Shown here piece by piece: positions 1 through 11,100 of a stretch of 64,000 nucleotides of DNA. Each line of letters starts with the position of its first letter. Position 1 is the first letter of the stretch. Where the stretch lies: positions 1 through 64,000 of the forward strand of contig JARVGK010000014.1 of the NCBI GenBank assembly GCA_029762535.1, read 5' to 3'. The notes below the pieces were generated by a model. The model was not told the origin of the DNA. It worked only from the letters and a program-made list of their open reading frames with translations, and searched no databases. This stretch comes from Thermoplasmatota archaeon. Lineage in GTDB: Archaea > Thermoplasmatota > Penumbrarchaeia > Penumbrarchaeales > Penumbrarchaeaceae. The position numbers and the translations under genes are program-made.

Positions 1-508
1 ACTCGGCGAACACAGTGCAGGTGTTGTTGACCCTCTCGGGAGAGCATGATAGAAGCGAGATCTCCCCCGCCTTCTGGTGGTCCACGTTGAGGGCCCTGGC
101 GGTAGCGTCTATGAAGCATCCGGTTCCGGAGGAGCACTTGTCGTTCGTACGGAAATCGGATATGATCCCCATCTCCCCGATCCTCATCGCCCGCACGCCG
201 TGACCCCCCATGTCAACGGCTATATCCACGGCACTATCGTGCTCGAAGGCGCCCCTGGCGAAGGAGGTGATCTCTGTCCTTGAGAGGTCGGAGAAACCCA
301 CCGCGCGGCGGCCCTGGCCCGTGGACACGACGCTTTTGAGGTCGGAGATATCGAAACCTTCCATGATATCCTCCTTCATGGAACGCGCCATGCCCTCGAG
401 GTCCACGGTGGTACCCCTGCTCAAATGGGCGACGATGCCCCCGTCCGGGGAATACAGGACCATCTTCGTGTTGATGGCACCAACGTCTATTCCCATATAG
501 AGTTCCAT
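1..508 (-). CDS. ATP-dependent activator of 2-hydroxyacyl-CoA dehydratase/double-cubane protein (HgdC/YjiL/BadF ASKHA family), runs off window edge
   Basis: Not in the ORF track. Manual translation from ATG at 508 gives MELYMGIDVGAINTK...VSTGQGR...TEITSFARGA...VDMGGHG...FRTNDKCSSGTGCFID...NNTCTVFAE, all hallmark activator motifs. Starts 2 nt after the upstream stop. Confidence 0.93.
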   Translation of the reverse strand, partial: MELYMGIDVGAINTKMVLYSPDGGIVAHLSRGTTVDLEGMARSMKEDIMEGFDISDLKSVVSTGQGRRAVGFSDLSRTEITSFARGAFEHDSAVDIAVDMGGHGVRAMRIGEMGIISDFRTNDKCSSGTGCFIDATARALNVDHQKAGEISLLSCSPERVNNTCTVFAE

Positions 509-510
509 TA

Positions 511-1821
511 CTATCTCCTCGCGCGAAGCATCTCCACGAAGGCCTCGACCCTCGTTCTGACCTGCTCGACATCCCCCTCGTCGTATTCGCTCTCGAGCTT
601 GAGCATGGGGATCCCCGCGCTCTTTAGCTCGAGCTCTATCTTGGTCGCCTCTAAATTGTTCAGATGGCAGCCTCTGAGGGAATGGAACACCACCCCCTCC
701 GCTCCGAAGGCCTTGATGGACATCTTGATGCGGTTGATCCTCTCATCGTTGGGAGTGAAACAGGGGCAGGAGCAGGGGTAGAAGTACTTCTCGGCTATGG
801 CCTCCATCACCCCTCGCATCGTCCGGGATTCAAGGACGATGGGGTCGCTCATGAGCCTTATGCCGGTGCAGAGCTCGTCGGTGATTATGGTCCCTCCGCT
901 GTCCTCCACGATGGAGGGGATCTTGAAGTTGGGGTATATCATGGGGGATCCGGCAAGAAGGATGCGGGCGCCTCCCTCCTCCCCGACGAATCTGCCCTCC
1001 CTCTCCATCATATCCAGCTCCAGAACGAGTTCCCGGACCTTTTTGGTCCATCTTCGCACATCGTCCATCTGGGAGGCCTGGGCGACGAGCATCGCGTCCT
1101 GGCCCGTGATCGAGACCCTCCTGCCTTTGCGATGCTCGAGCAGATCTCGATATACTTCCTGGGCGCTGTTGTAGAGCTCTATCTGTTCAATGATGTCCTT
1201 CTTCCCGATCGAGCGGCCGGTCAAGGCCTCGAGCCTGCTTTTGAGGAACTCGATCTCGGCGAGCCACGTTTTGCTGGTCGTATCCCCGGTCTTGACCCGG
1301 GGCAGGTTCATGATGTGAACGTCCACCCAATCCTCGAGGATCTCAGCAAGCTTCATCTTGCCGTCGCAGGTGGCGGGGGTGACGACGAGATCGACGAGGT
1401 CCGTTATCGGGTTCGCCCCGACCATCTCCGAGCCGAGCGTGGACTTGACCATGGGACACAGCCCGGCGTCCCCGAGAAGCTCGTTCGCGGGATGCACACA
1501 TTCATAGTAGCCGGAGCATAACCTGATGGACCTCGCCCCTGCGGCGTATGTCAGTTCTGAAGGGACCATCACGCACATGGTGCCCACGACCTTGCCCCCG
1601 CCCTTCTTGAACTTCTCGAGCTCCGCCACTCGGGGCCCGCCGTATTCCATGACATCGTCGAAATACGACATGGCCTTGGCCCTGACCTTTTTCGATGACA
1701 TTTCCTTTCTTATCCTCTGGGACATCTTCTTCGATTCCTTCTTCGTCCTATCCACCTGGGCCTCCGAGAAGTATCCTTTCCTTTCCTTGATGTACCTGGC
1801 CGGTCTGTCCTCTTTCTTCAT
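511..1821 (-). CDS. 2-hydroxyacyl-CoA dehydratase-family protein, probably double-cubane [Fe8S9] cluster reductase (YjiM/DCCP type)
   Basis: Motifs GTMCVMVPSEL..AAGA..IRLCSG, LCPMVKS, TCDGKMK, DELCTG, CSCPCFTPN, GCHL, QVRTRVEAFVEML. Adjacent to the activator gene. Confidence 0.88.
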   Translation of the reverse strand: MKKEDRPARYIKERKGYFSEAQVDRTKKESKKMSQRIRKEMSSKKVRAKAMSYFDDVMEYGGPRVAELEKFKKGGGKVVGTMCVMVPSELTYAAGARSIRLCSGYYECVHPANELLGDAGLCPMVKSTLGSEMVGANPITDLVDLVVTPATCDGKMKLAEILEDWVDVHIMNLPRVKTGDTTSKTWLAEIEFLKSRLEALTGRSIGKKDIIEQIELYNSAQEVYRDLLEHRKGRRVSITGQDAMLVAQASQMDDVRRWTKKVRELVLELDMMEREGRFVGEEGGARILLAGSPMIYPNFKIPSIVEDSGGTIITDELCTGIRLMSDPIVLESRTMRGVMEAIAEKYFYPCSCPCFTPNDERINRIKMSIKAFGAEGVVFHSLRGCHLNNLEATKIELELKSAGIPMLKLESEYDEGDVEQVRTRVEAFVEMLRARR

Positions 1822-2798
1822 CGATCATTGCCCCTTATCCTTTGGAATATCCTGCCCAGACCGACCTTTTTGGGCGGTCTGGACGTCACAAGGACGAATG
1901 GTCCCGCTGCAAGTGAAAGGCATCCCTCCTCGGGACACATCTCGACGCATCTGGCGCAGAGGGTGCAGTCCTCCCCGCCGACATCTATCCTGCCCATCTC
2001 CTCGTACACCCTGTCGTGGTCCATTGGGCATACCCTCAGGCAGATCCTGCATTTGGTGCATCTGTCCGGGTCCTTCTTGAGGTAGATCATGGATCCTCCG
2101 GCGAAGAGGGCCATGAGGCCTCCCATCGGGCATATCCTGCAAAACGGCATCCTCATGAAAACGTTCGTCCCTAAAAATATCAGTAGCGATGCCCAGGCCA
2201 GTAGGGGAAGCCGTGTGCTCCATGGCTCGAGGCCAAGTATCTGCTGGAATATTGTGAAGAACCCTTTCGCCGGACAGACCTGGCAGAAGGGAAGTGATAG
2301 AGCCCCGGTACACCCAGCAAGGCCGAGAGCGGAGATCCCGAGAGGGACGGTTATGAGAACGGTCAGGATGAGTATGGCGTACTTTACGCGCCTCAACAGG
2401 ACCCTGGAGGCGAACCCCATCCGCAGGAAGGGGATCCCCACAAGCTCCCTCAGATCGGAGAACAGTTCCTGGACGAATCCGAAGGGACAGAGCCATGAGC
2501 ACCAGGTCCTGCCCAGGACGAGTACGAGAAGTATGACGACCAGGAGCATGATCAATGCCGATGCGAACAGGTCTGACGCCCCGTGGGCGAGCGAGTCCTG
2601 CAGCTGATAGTAGAAGCATGATGTGGGGGCCGTGTTCATGTACCTGCAGGCTGCGTTTGGAAGGAACACCCTTCTCAGCACAGGCTCGGTCCCGAAAGGC
2701 GGCAGGCCCAGAAGCTGTCCTATGAAGAAGGCGAATGCCCCGAGCTGGAACACGACCCGGAGCGGTCTTATGTTCCTGCCCTTGTAATCCGCGCTCAT
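1818..2798 (-). CDS. Membrane 4Fe-4S binding protein (NapH/MauN-like)
   Basis: TM helices, GRTWCSWLCPFG, CQVCP, FCRICPMG and two ferredoxin motifs (CTKCRICLRVCP, CTLCARCVEMCP). Confidence 0.9.
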   Translation of the reverse strand: MSADYKGRNIRPLRVVFQLGAFAFFIGQLLGLPPFGTEPVLRRVFLPNAACRYMNTAPTSCFYYQLQDSLAHGASDLFASALIMLLVVILLVLVLGRTWCSWLCPFGFVQELFSDLRELVGIPFLRMGFASRVLLRRVKYAILILTVLITVPLGISALGLAGCTGALSLPFCQVCPAKGFFTIFQQILGLEPWSTRLPLLAWASLLIFLGTNVFMRMPFCRICPMGGLMALFAGGSMIYLKKDPDRCTKCRICLRVCPMDHDRVYEEMGRIDVGGEDCTLCARCVEMCPEEGCLSLAAGPFVLVTSRPPKKVGLGRIFQRIRGNDR

Positions 2799-4096
2799 CT
2801 GTTTAACCCCGGCCTGTTGCGGTTCGCCGTCCGGACCTTGACTATGGTCCTGACGATCAGAGCGGCGAGGACAATGAAGAAGGCGGCGCTGATGAGGAGC
2901 AATATCTGGAGCACGGGAAGGGCCGGGTCCTCCTCCCCTAGTATCGCCTCCATCCTCCTGGTCTTGCCGTCGATGATGTAGATATGAGGCGTGGAATACC
3001 CGGAGGTGTAATCTCCCTTTCCCACATAGCCCCCCTGGCCCGCTATGATCTCCAGGTCCCCGTCACCGTCGGGATCGCCTATGGTCAGCCCGAGTATGTC
3101 CCTTCCGAGCTGGGGCGATGTCCATTCGATCTCCCGGGTGAGGGCGTTGAAGATGTATATTCTCCCGGCCATGTTGGAGACCACGATCTCCAGGTCGCCG
3201 TCTCCGTCTATGTCTCCAACGTCCATGCCGTAGGCCTTCGGGCCTATGTTCTCGCTCTTGAAAGTGCGGGAATAACCCTCGCCGTCCCAGGAGTATATCA
3301 TCAGGTATCCGTCCCTGTACCTGTATCCGGTGGAGAGTATTAATTCGGGGACCGTGTCCCCGTCGAGGTCCATAACCTTCAATCCCTCAACGCAGCCACC
3401 CAGGTCCTCGCTCATGAATTCCAGCTCACGGGTACCGAGGTCGAAGATGCGGAAATAGCCCTCCCCTGCGACGTCACCCAGGGCAGCCCCGGAGCACACT
3501 ATCATCTCCTCCTCCCCGTCCCCGTCGAGGTCCTCTATGTGTATGTCCCTGAGCCGGGAATCGAAGGGGGGAAGGGAGTCGTAGGGTTTCGAGGAGTTAT
3601 CCTTGAAGAAATAGACCTGCCCCCAGCCCTGGTCCGTCTTGAAACCGGTCCCCACTATCAGTTCGTTCCTCCCGTCACCGTCCACATCATGGAGGTGTAG
3701 GCCGTGGGCGTCCCTGACGAGTGTGTCGGACCTCCATTCGATCTCCTTTGTGATCCCGTCAATGGCCCTCACGTCTCCGTCGCCGTCGCCTATCATGATT
3801 TCCACGGCCGGATCGTCGTCGAACTGTCCGGCGATCAGGCCCCAGGCTCTGGTACCGAACTTCTCCGATCTCCAATCTACCCTGTAATCGCCGCCCCGGT
3901 ATTCGACGGAGACGACATAGCCCTCGTACGAGCCGAACAGTATCTCGTCACGGCCGTCGTCGTCAACGTCCATGCAGATCACCGATTGGAACCGTCCTAT
4001 GCCCGAGGTGAGATCGGAAGGGCCGACCTCGGCCCCTGCCGGGGCCATGATAGTGATCAGCAGCATTAACAGGATGGATAGGAGCAGCCTCCTCAT
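2795..4096 (-). CDS. Secreted FG-GAP/VCBS-repeat beta-propeller protein with C-terminal membrane anchor
   Basis: Signal peptide, repeated DxDGDGxxE(I/L) motifs, C-terminal hydrophobic helix with basic tail. Confidence 0.85.
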   Translation of the reverse strand: MRRLLLSILLMLLITIMAPAGAEVGPSDLTSGIGRFQSVICMDVDDDGRDEILFGSYEGYVVSVEYRGGDYRVDWRSEKFGTRAWGLIAGQFDDDPAVEIMIGDGDGDVRAIDGITKEIEWRSDTLVRDAHGLHLHDVDGDGRNELIVGTGFKTDQGWGQVYFFKDNSSKPYDSLPPFDSRLRDIHIEDLDGDGEEEMIVCSGAALGDVAGEGYFRIFDLGTRELEFMSEDLGGCVEGLKVMDLDGDTVPELILSTGYRYRDGYLMIYSWDGEGYSRTFKSENIGPKAYGMDVGDIDGDGDLEIVVSNMAGRIYIFNALTREIEWTSPQLGRDILGLTIGDPDGDGDLEIIAGQGGYVGKGDYTSGYSTPHIYIIDGKTRRMEAILGEEDPALPVLQILLLISAAFFIVLAALIVRTIVKVRTANRNRPGLNR

Positions 4097-5295
4097 CGCC
4101 TCATCCTCCTTATCTCCCTGACCGCAGGTATGTAGAGTATGATGAGGGACACTGTGAAGATAAGGGCTATCGCGGAGATGGTCACGGCCGCCATGGGGAA
4201 CTCCTTCTCCTTCTCGGGCTCCCGGCCGAATGAATAGACGACCAGGGTGTGGCTCTTCCCCAAAGCCGAGGCGAGCATCTCACCGTCGGGGGACCATCTC
4301 GCGGACATGACCATCGCCTTCTGATCGACGCCCTCGTTGAGTATCTTGAGGGATGTGCCAGTGTCGATGTCCCTGATCTTGAGGGTTAGGTCCACCCCTC
4401 CGGTGGCCACGACGGTGCCGTCGGGGTGTATGTGTACGGAGCGGACGCAGTTGTAATCAGGCCATGTGGCAAGGTTCTCCCCGGTAGTGGAGTTCCAGAG
4501 CTTGATCTTGTAGTCGCGGGAACCGGTGATCAGCCTTGAATCATCATGGCTCCATTCGACATCGAGCACCCCGGAGGTGTGCCCCGATGTATCGACAAGG
4601 AGCTCTCCGGCGGGGAAGGACCAGACCCTTACGGTTCGATCGTCGGATACGGTGGCTATGCGGTCGCCGGCGTTGGACCAGCGGGCCTCTATTATTCCGT
4701 CCCTGTGCCCCGTGAGCTCGAGGATCTCCTCTCCAGACCCCATATCCCACACACGGGATATGTTCTCGCCCGCATTCTGCGGGATCACCTTGTCGGTGCC
4801 TGAGCCGGATAATAGATAACGCGAATCGGGGGAGAATTCCAGGCACAGGACCGAACCTGTATGAGAGGTGAAGGTCATCTCCTCCTCCCATGTCGTGGTG
4901 TTGAACACGTGTATGTCCGTATCGTCCCCTCCTACGGCCAGGAACCGGCCGTCGGGCGAGAATGCGGCATCCCTCAGAGGGAGCAACCCATCGGGTGCGA
5001 AGCCGTCGCACCGGGTCCTCTCGGGAGAGAGATCGATCGTCCTTACGACGCTTCCGTCAGCGGCGTCGAGGACGACGCATGTGGAATCGAAGAAGACGAT
5101 GGCGATCATGGAGCCGTCATGGGACCAGTCCATCTTCCACAGCGTGGCCTCCGAACCCGAATAGGTGTGGTTCCATTCTATCTGGAGAGATCCCGCCCTC
5201 GATGAAGCGGTGGAGCCCTCCTGCGAGCTCATCGTCGAGGGGACGATCATCAAAAATATCGCGGATGCGATCGCGAAAACCCTCCATTGCCTCAT
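4093..5295 (-). CDS. Secreted WD40-repeat protein with C-terminal membrane anchor
   Basis: GH...W(D/N/S) repeats (HTGSVLCLEFSPDS, GHTSGVLDVEWSHDD..GSRDYKIKLWN). Start moved to 5295 (ATGA overlap, signal peptide MRQWRVFAI). Confidence 0.88.
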   Translation of the reverse strand: MRQWRVFAIASAIFLMIVPSTMSSQEGSTASSRAGSLQIEWNHTYSGSEATLWKMDWSHDGSMIAIVFFDSTCVVLDAADGSVVRTIDLSPERTRCDGFAPDGLLPLRDAAFSPDGRFLAVGGDDTDIHVFNTTTWEEEMTFTSHTGSVLCLEFSPDSRYLLSGSGTDKVIPQNAGENISRVWDMGSGEEILELTGHRDGIIEARWSNAGDRIATVSDDRTVRVWSFPAGELLVDTSGHTSGVLDVEWSHDDSRLITGSRDYKIKLWNSTTGENLATWPDYNCVRSVHIHPDGTVVATGGVDLTLKIRDIDTGTSLKILNEGVDQKAMVMSARWSPDGEMLASALGKSHTLVVYSFGREPEKEKEFPMAAVTISAIALIFTVSLIILYIPAVREIRRMRR

Positions 5296-6866
5296 ATCTG
5301 CGCCTCCGGCCTTCTTCTGAGAAGGAAAAGGAAGCATAAAAGGAAGATGTCCAGAATGATGAAGAGCAGGATGCCGGCTATGTAGTAGGGCCTGAAGGGG
5401 GATACCACCTTCATGCGGTCGGAAGGCGCGTCGTCCCCTGGCTCCACGGCCAGCGATGCAACGGTCCGGCCCGCCCTTCCGGAGTCCTCCGCGGACAACA
5501 TGATATCGATCGTGGACCTTGAGGAGACCGGGAAGGGATCGAACTCGATCCTCGTTTTTCCTCCGCTGCCGGTCTTGATGTCGGTATCAAGAGCCTCTCC
5601 GCCGGAGGAGCGGACGAGGATGCTCGCGCCGGGAACCGTTGCTCCTGTGCTGTCAAGAACGGTCACATCGATATACGCCAGCTCGTCCGAGCGCACCTCA
5701 TCGACCTCGATCTCGACCAGGACCTGAAGTGCTCCGGAGCCGGGATCCCCCACGGAATAGACGTTCCAGTCGCAGGAGCCGAAGAAGACCGCCCCGTCGT
5801 ATAGTACCGGCGAGGAATAGACGTAGCCGCGGGTGGTGTAGTTGAATATCAGGGAGCCGTCGCTCCTTTTCAGGCAGTAAAGATTGTAATCGTCGGAGCC
5901 GATGAGGATGACATCCTCGAGGACGAGGGGGGATGAACCCCCCTGCTCGTCGCGGGTGAAGAAGGACCATACCACCTCGTCCGGATCTATGACGCCGTCA
6001 TCGTCGTCCAGGGGAAGGCACCACGTGTACATGAACGACCCGAAATAGACCATTCCGTCCCTGATGGCCGGAGTGGAATATGCGGCGTGTCCGGCATCGA
6101 AGCGGTAGACCTCGCTCAGGTCTTCGGCGTCCAGTCCGATGAGGCTTTTCCCCTCGCCCGTGGTCATGTAAACAACCCCTTCGTGCAGGGTGCCGCTCGA
6201 GTATAATTCGCTGTCGCCACCGAGCCTGACGGTCCTCAGCAGGTCTCCCGTCCTTATATCCAGCATGGCGAACAGGTCAAGGACGTCACCGACATAGAGG
6301 CGCCCGGCCCCCTCATCTATCAGAGGGGTCGCCCATATCTCGTTGCCGACCTTGGTCCTCCAGTTGAGGCTCCCGTTCTCGTGGAGGCAGAGGACGGACC
6401 CGTCCAGACAGCCGAATATGATGGAGCCCTCGAAGAGGTGGGCGGACGATAGTATCTGCGAGCCGCATTCATAGCTCCAGAGGGTCCTCGGCCTTCCGCC
6501 CTGGCCGGGGATCTGCAGGCAGTAGAACATCCCGTCCATGCTGCCGAAATATACTCTGTCCCCGACGATGAGGGGGGTGCTCTGTATGGAGCCTCCGGTC
6601 TTGAACTTCCAGTTCAATTCCCCTGTCAACGGGTCAAGGCAGTAAAGCCAACCGTCGTCCGAGCCGATGAGGAGGCCGCTGTCGAAGAAGGAGGGGGATG
6701 AGAGGACCTGATCGGAGGTCTCGAACCTCCAGCGCAATACCGCACCGGCGGGAGGCTCGTCGTCCATGGTCCCCGGATGGGAGGGCCCTCCTCTCCATCC
6801 GGTCCAGGCGGCGCTGGCCGAAGGTAAGAGGAGCAGCATCATGACGATAAGGAGGCTCATTCTCAT
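5292..6866 (-). CDS. PQQ-like (BamB-type) beta-propeller repeat protein with Ig-like domain and C-terminal TM
   Basis: Signal peptide, W..WRGGP, repeated SSP..G.V(Y/F)FGS.DG.LYCL...G...W units. Confidence 0.87.
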   Translation of the reverse strand: MRMSLLIVMMLLLLPSASAAWTGWRGGPSHPGTMDDEPPAGAVLRWRFETSDQVLSSPSFFDSGLLIGSDDGWLYCLDPLTGELNWKFKTGGSIQSTPLIVGDRVYFGSMDGMFYCLQIPGQGGRPRTLWSYECGSQILSSAHLFEGSIIFGCLDGSVLCLHENGSLNWRTKVGNEIWATPLIDEGAGRLYVGDVLDLFAMLDIRTGDLLRTVRLGGDSELYSSGTLHEGVVYMTTGEGKSLIGLDAEDLSEVYRFDAGHAAYSTPAIRDGMVYFGSFMYTWCLPLDDDDGVIDPDEVVWSFFTRDEQGGSSPLVLEDVILIGSDDYNLYCLKRSDGSLIFNYTTRGYVYSSPVLYDGAVFFGSCDWNVYSVGDPGSGALQVLVEIEVDEVRSDELAYIDVTVLDSTGATVPGASILVRSSGGEALDTDIKTGSGGKTRIEFDPFPVSSRSTIDIMLSAEDSGRAGRTVASLAVEPGDDAPSDRMKVVSPFRPYYIAGILLFIILDIFLLCFLFLLRRRPEAQI

Positions 6867-8134
6867 TTCCCACCCCGCTCGGGAACATCGTTCTTTCGTC
6901 GTTCGAACCTTGCTCGCCGCATATATCCCTTTTGGAGCCTGTACAGGATGGTGATAACGATGATCATGAAGGCGATGTTCAGGAGAGAGAGTATGAGAAG
7001 CACGAAGTAGAGGGGAGAGACGCCTCGAGGCGGATCGCCCTCTCCGTCGATCGGAGAGGGCCCGACGGCGCGGACATAGCCCAGGTCATCTCCCCATATC
7101 ACCATGCCGCAGCAGATGGCGGGTGATCCCTCCTTGACGGGTCCATACCTGAAGGTGAAGCTTACGCTCCCGTTGCTAAGATCGAGCATCTTGAGCCCCT
7201 CGCCGTCGCAGAAGCCCGCCAGGCCTCCTCCGATCGCCGGGGAGGACTTGATCGCCCCTGCCCCTCCCGAAAAGTTCCATAGTATCCTTCCGTTGTAGGG
7301 GTCCAGGGCATATATCGAACCATCGTCGCACCCGACGACGATCCCCGAAGGGTCGGAGGCGGGAGATGAGAACACGTCCCCGCCCAGGGTCGTGTTGAAT
7401 ATGAGGGACCCGGTCGCTGCGTTCAGGCAGTAGAGGTTCGAATCGTACGAGCCGAAATACACCCTCCCGTCCATGATTGAGGGGGAGGATGGTATGTACT
7501 CCGCCTCGAAGCTCCAGAGGAATGAACCGTCGCTCACGTTCAGGCAGTAGAGGCTGCCGTCGCAGGACCCGAAGTACATCCTCCCCTCCCAGAAAGAGGG
7601 CGTGGTGTGTATCCACCCACCGCAGCCCGCGTATTTCCATGCCTGGGAGCCGTTGACCAGATGGTAGCACAGCATCTCGGACCCGTACGTTCCGATGTAG
7701 AGCATCCCGTCGATCGACTTCGGTGAGGAAAGGATCCTGTCGCCAAGGGGCGGGTTCATCCATGATACGCTGCCATCATCGGCGTTCAGGGCACCGACCG
7801 TCCCGTCATCGGCGCAGAACACGACGAGGCCATCGATGATGAGCGGGGTGGAGGACAGCCTCGATCCCGCGTCGTATGACCATGCCTCCTCCCCGGTGGT
7901 CGAGTTCAGGCAGACAAGGGTGCCGTTCGCGGTCCCGAGGACCGCCATCCCGCCATCGGCCGAGACGGAGGATGTTATGGGGGACCCGGCGTCATGCTCC
8001 CAGATAAGGGTCGGGGCATCCTCCCATTCGAGATCCCCCGAACCGGAATTGAGTGGATCCCCACGGAAGGAGGACCATCCCAGGACCTGCCCGGATAATA
8101 GCAAAAAGGTCAGCAATATGACGATCCGCTTCAT
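6863..8134 (-). CDS. PQQ-like beta-propeller repeat protein, membrane anchored
   Basis: WSSFRGDP, repeated SSP..DG.VYFGSYDSNLYCLNA.TG units, C-terminal TM. Confidence 0.87.
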   Translation of the reverse strand: MKRIVILLTFLLLSGQVLGWSSFRGDPLNSGSGDLEWEDAPTLIWEHDAGSPITSSVSADGGMAVLGTANGTLVCLNSTTGEEAWSYDAGSRLSSTPLIIDGLVVFCADDGTVGALNADDGSVSWMNPPLGDRILSSPKSIDGMLYIGTYGSEMLCYHLVNGSQAWKYAGCGGWIHTTPSFWEGRMYFGSCDGSLYCLNVSDGSFLWSFEAEYIPSSPSIMDGRVYFGSYDSNLYCLNAATGSLIFNTTLGGDVFSSPASDPSGIVVGCDDGSIYALDPYNGRILWNFSGGAGAIKSSPAIGGGLAGFCDGEGLKMLDLSNGSVSFTFRYGPVKEGSPAICCGMVIWGDDLGYVRAVGPSPIDGEGDPPRGVSPLYFVLLILSLLNIAFMIIVITILYRLQKGYMRRARFERRKNDVPERGGK

Positions 8135-11100
8135 GAGTCCCTCCTCCTTCGAATATCGCCGGATGTTGCAATGAGAGCTCCCGATATGGACACGATGAAA
8201 GCAGTGAACATGACCGCTCCCGCTATGAACAGAGGGACCGTGAGCGATCGAATGGGATCCATCCCGTCGACGGCGGGGGAGAGGGCCGCCGCCGATATCC
8301 CGACGATCAGGGCCGAGGAAACGGCGGCCGTGAAGGACAGCATGTTCTCAAGGACCAATGCGCTCCCGATCCTCCTCTTTTTGAGTCCCATGCTGTGGAG
8401 GAGATGGATATCGGTGGTCCTCTCCCGGGCCCTGGCGATGGTGAAGGAGGCGGCGGAGATCAATCCCGCGCCGATCCCCACGATGAGGAATTGGTTGAAT
8501 ATGGAGAGGAAACCCAGCTCGTATCTCATGTTCTCCCTGCCTAGATCCAGAGTGGACCGAAGGTCGGGACCGAGCGGCTCAAGCGCCTCCCTCAAGGCGT
8601 CAATGGACCCGCCTGAGGGCGGGTCCTTCACAAGCAGTATCGAGGGCCGGGCGGACCTGGGAAAGTGATGCAGGAGAAGGTCCCTGGACATGACGAACGA
8701 TCCGGTCAGCACCGAGGGTGACAGGACGCCCACGACCACCATGGTCATTTCCTCTCCCTTCTCATCGGTGAGGGAGAATAATGAACCGATGTCCTCGTAG
8801 TATATCCAGGTCAGGGTGTTCTCGTCCACCAGGATCGGGACGCTGCTGCCTTGGTATTCATCGAGACCGGACCATATATCCTCCTCGTCGCTGCCCTCCC
8901 ATCGTATCAGATCGAAGCGCAGGTCATGAGGGATCCCCAGCAGCCGCGGAGGGTAGGGGGCATTGATGTTGGAGCAGGTGCCCCCCTCATCGCCCACGGC
9001 ATAGATCTCCGATGCGTAATATCCCCTTGAACTCAGCTCCGAAATGGAATCGGAGATCGCTTCGCGGTTGGTGACGGAGAGCTCCGCGATGTGGTCATAC
9101 CCGCCGCCGTAGTCCATGGCTTCGGAATCGATACGCGCCTCCAGGCCCGCTCCCACCGAGGAGAGCGAGATGGACACCGCGACGGTCAGGGCAAGGATCG
9201 CCGTGACGAGGGGGGCGAGGCCCGGTCTCCTGCGAAGGTTTGCGGATGCCAGCAGGTATACCGGACCGGGATCCCGGATGACGATGAGCAAAGAGATCAT
9301 CAGGAGGGCTATCCCCGAGGCGGATGCGGCGGAGCCAAATACATAGAGCATGGAAACGGCGAGGTTCGACCCGGCGCTGCCAGTGAGGACCAGCATCGCG
9401 ATGCCCGAAAGGGCGAGTATCCCCCCGGCGGTTGGGATCACGAACCTTACCGGACGGTCATCTCCGATAGAAAGGTCCTCTCCCCTTGCGTTATGATCCG
9501 GAGGCCTTGCGGCCTCCCTCAAGGATATGCCAAGGACGATCGCGCCGGAGAGCAGAGTGCCTGACAGGGCGGAGAAAAGGGCCGTATCGATATCGAGGAC
9601 GGTGGGTATGTCGTATCCCTCCACCGACCCGGACCAGGCGCCGCCTAGCATGAGTCCAAGGAGCAGCGCCAGGAGGTAACCCATGGGGATCCCAAGGCCC
9701 GCTCCCAGGGCTAGGGCGGGGACGGAGTCAAGGACCGCCACGAGGCCAAGCCCCCTTCTTTTCAGCCCGATCGCCCTGGCGTTGGCCCACTCCCCGGCCC
9801 TTTTCAGGTACCTTCCACGCAATATGCCGAGAAGGGTGAGGCATGCCCCGATGATGATGGTCGATCCGAACGTGAGGAACATCAACGGGAATATGGACAG
9901 CGCCCGGTCCGAGCCAAGAGCCATCTCCCTGGCCTTGACGATCCTGCCTCCACCTCCGGTGAGGCCGCTGTGAAGGTCCTCAACTTTCAGGCTCCGATCC
10001 AGAAGGTCCGGCGCATCCTCCTCCGAGGCGTTCACAAGGACCCCCGTGACGGACCCGTAGGGTGTTTGAAAGATATCCCGCGCCTCTATGAAGTTCATGA
10101 TCACGCGGGGGGTAGTCCTGTATCTCTCCCAGTAATCTATGTCCTCATCCGTTATCCTGTTTAGGTCAACATCGAATGACGGGGACCAGTCGGAACAGGA
10201 ATCCCGGTCCGTGATCCCCGCTATCGGAGGCACCAAGACCCGCAGGGGGTAGAGGGTTCCGACATCCAGGATCCCAGTGACCGTCAGGTCTATCTCGGTG
10301 GGGACCAGGTTACCGTAAGGGTCAAGGGTCCTGGCCTTTATAGTGAACTTGTCGCCGGGGCCTATCCCGAGGCGAAAAGCGGTCTCGTTCGATATTATGG
10401 CGCCGCCGACGGGCGGGACATGGACCCCCATCATCGGCACATCCGATCCGATCATGGTGGAGTAAGGTATGGAACCCCCATCGGAATCGATCCCGTCAAC
10501 GAAGTAGGCCAGAACGGGATCGCCGAAGGGTGGGCGGGGGAACATGAAGTCCTCGTTCATGATGAGGGATGCGCCTCCGAGGTCCGTAACGGTGTAACCA
10601 AGGTCCCCGGGGCCGATCGCGTCGTTGAAGGCCACGACGATATCGGGTTCGGTTAGGTCCGATCGACAGAGGAATGTATTGACGATCCCCGGATCGCCCA
10701 TGACATTGGAGAGATGGTCCAGGTCCAATATTATGATGGGAGGGGCCTCTTCCCGTGAATCGGTCCTGAACCTGCCCAGACCGCGGTCCGGGACGACCCT
10801 GGCTATCGGCAGGTCCAGCGTCAGGGACGGCGAGGAGATCCCCGCAATGGTCCTGGGATGCGGCAGCGGCAGCTTCAGTTCGAGGGAGTCCCCGGATGAG
10901 AGGGCGAGCCTATCGGAGGCTTTGAGGTTGATGTAGGCGGATGCGCCAGTGGGGAATTCTCCGTCGGCGCCATCAAGCGGGAGCAGGTCCCGGACCGTGC
11001 CCTTTGCACCTATGACCCTGATCCGGGCCGAGGCGGAGGCGGATCGGGCGGACCCTTCGAGGATGAGGGCGGCGTGGATCCCCCCCTCCGTGAGGCGTTC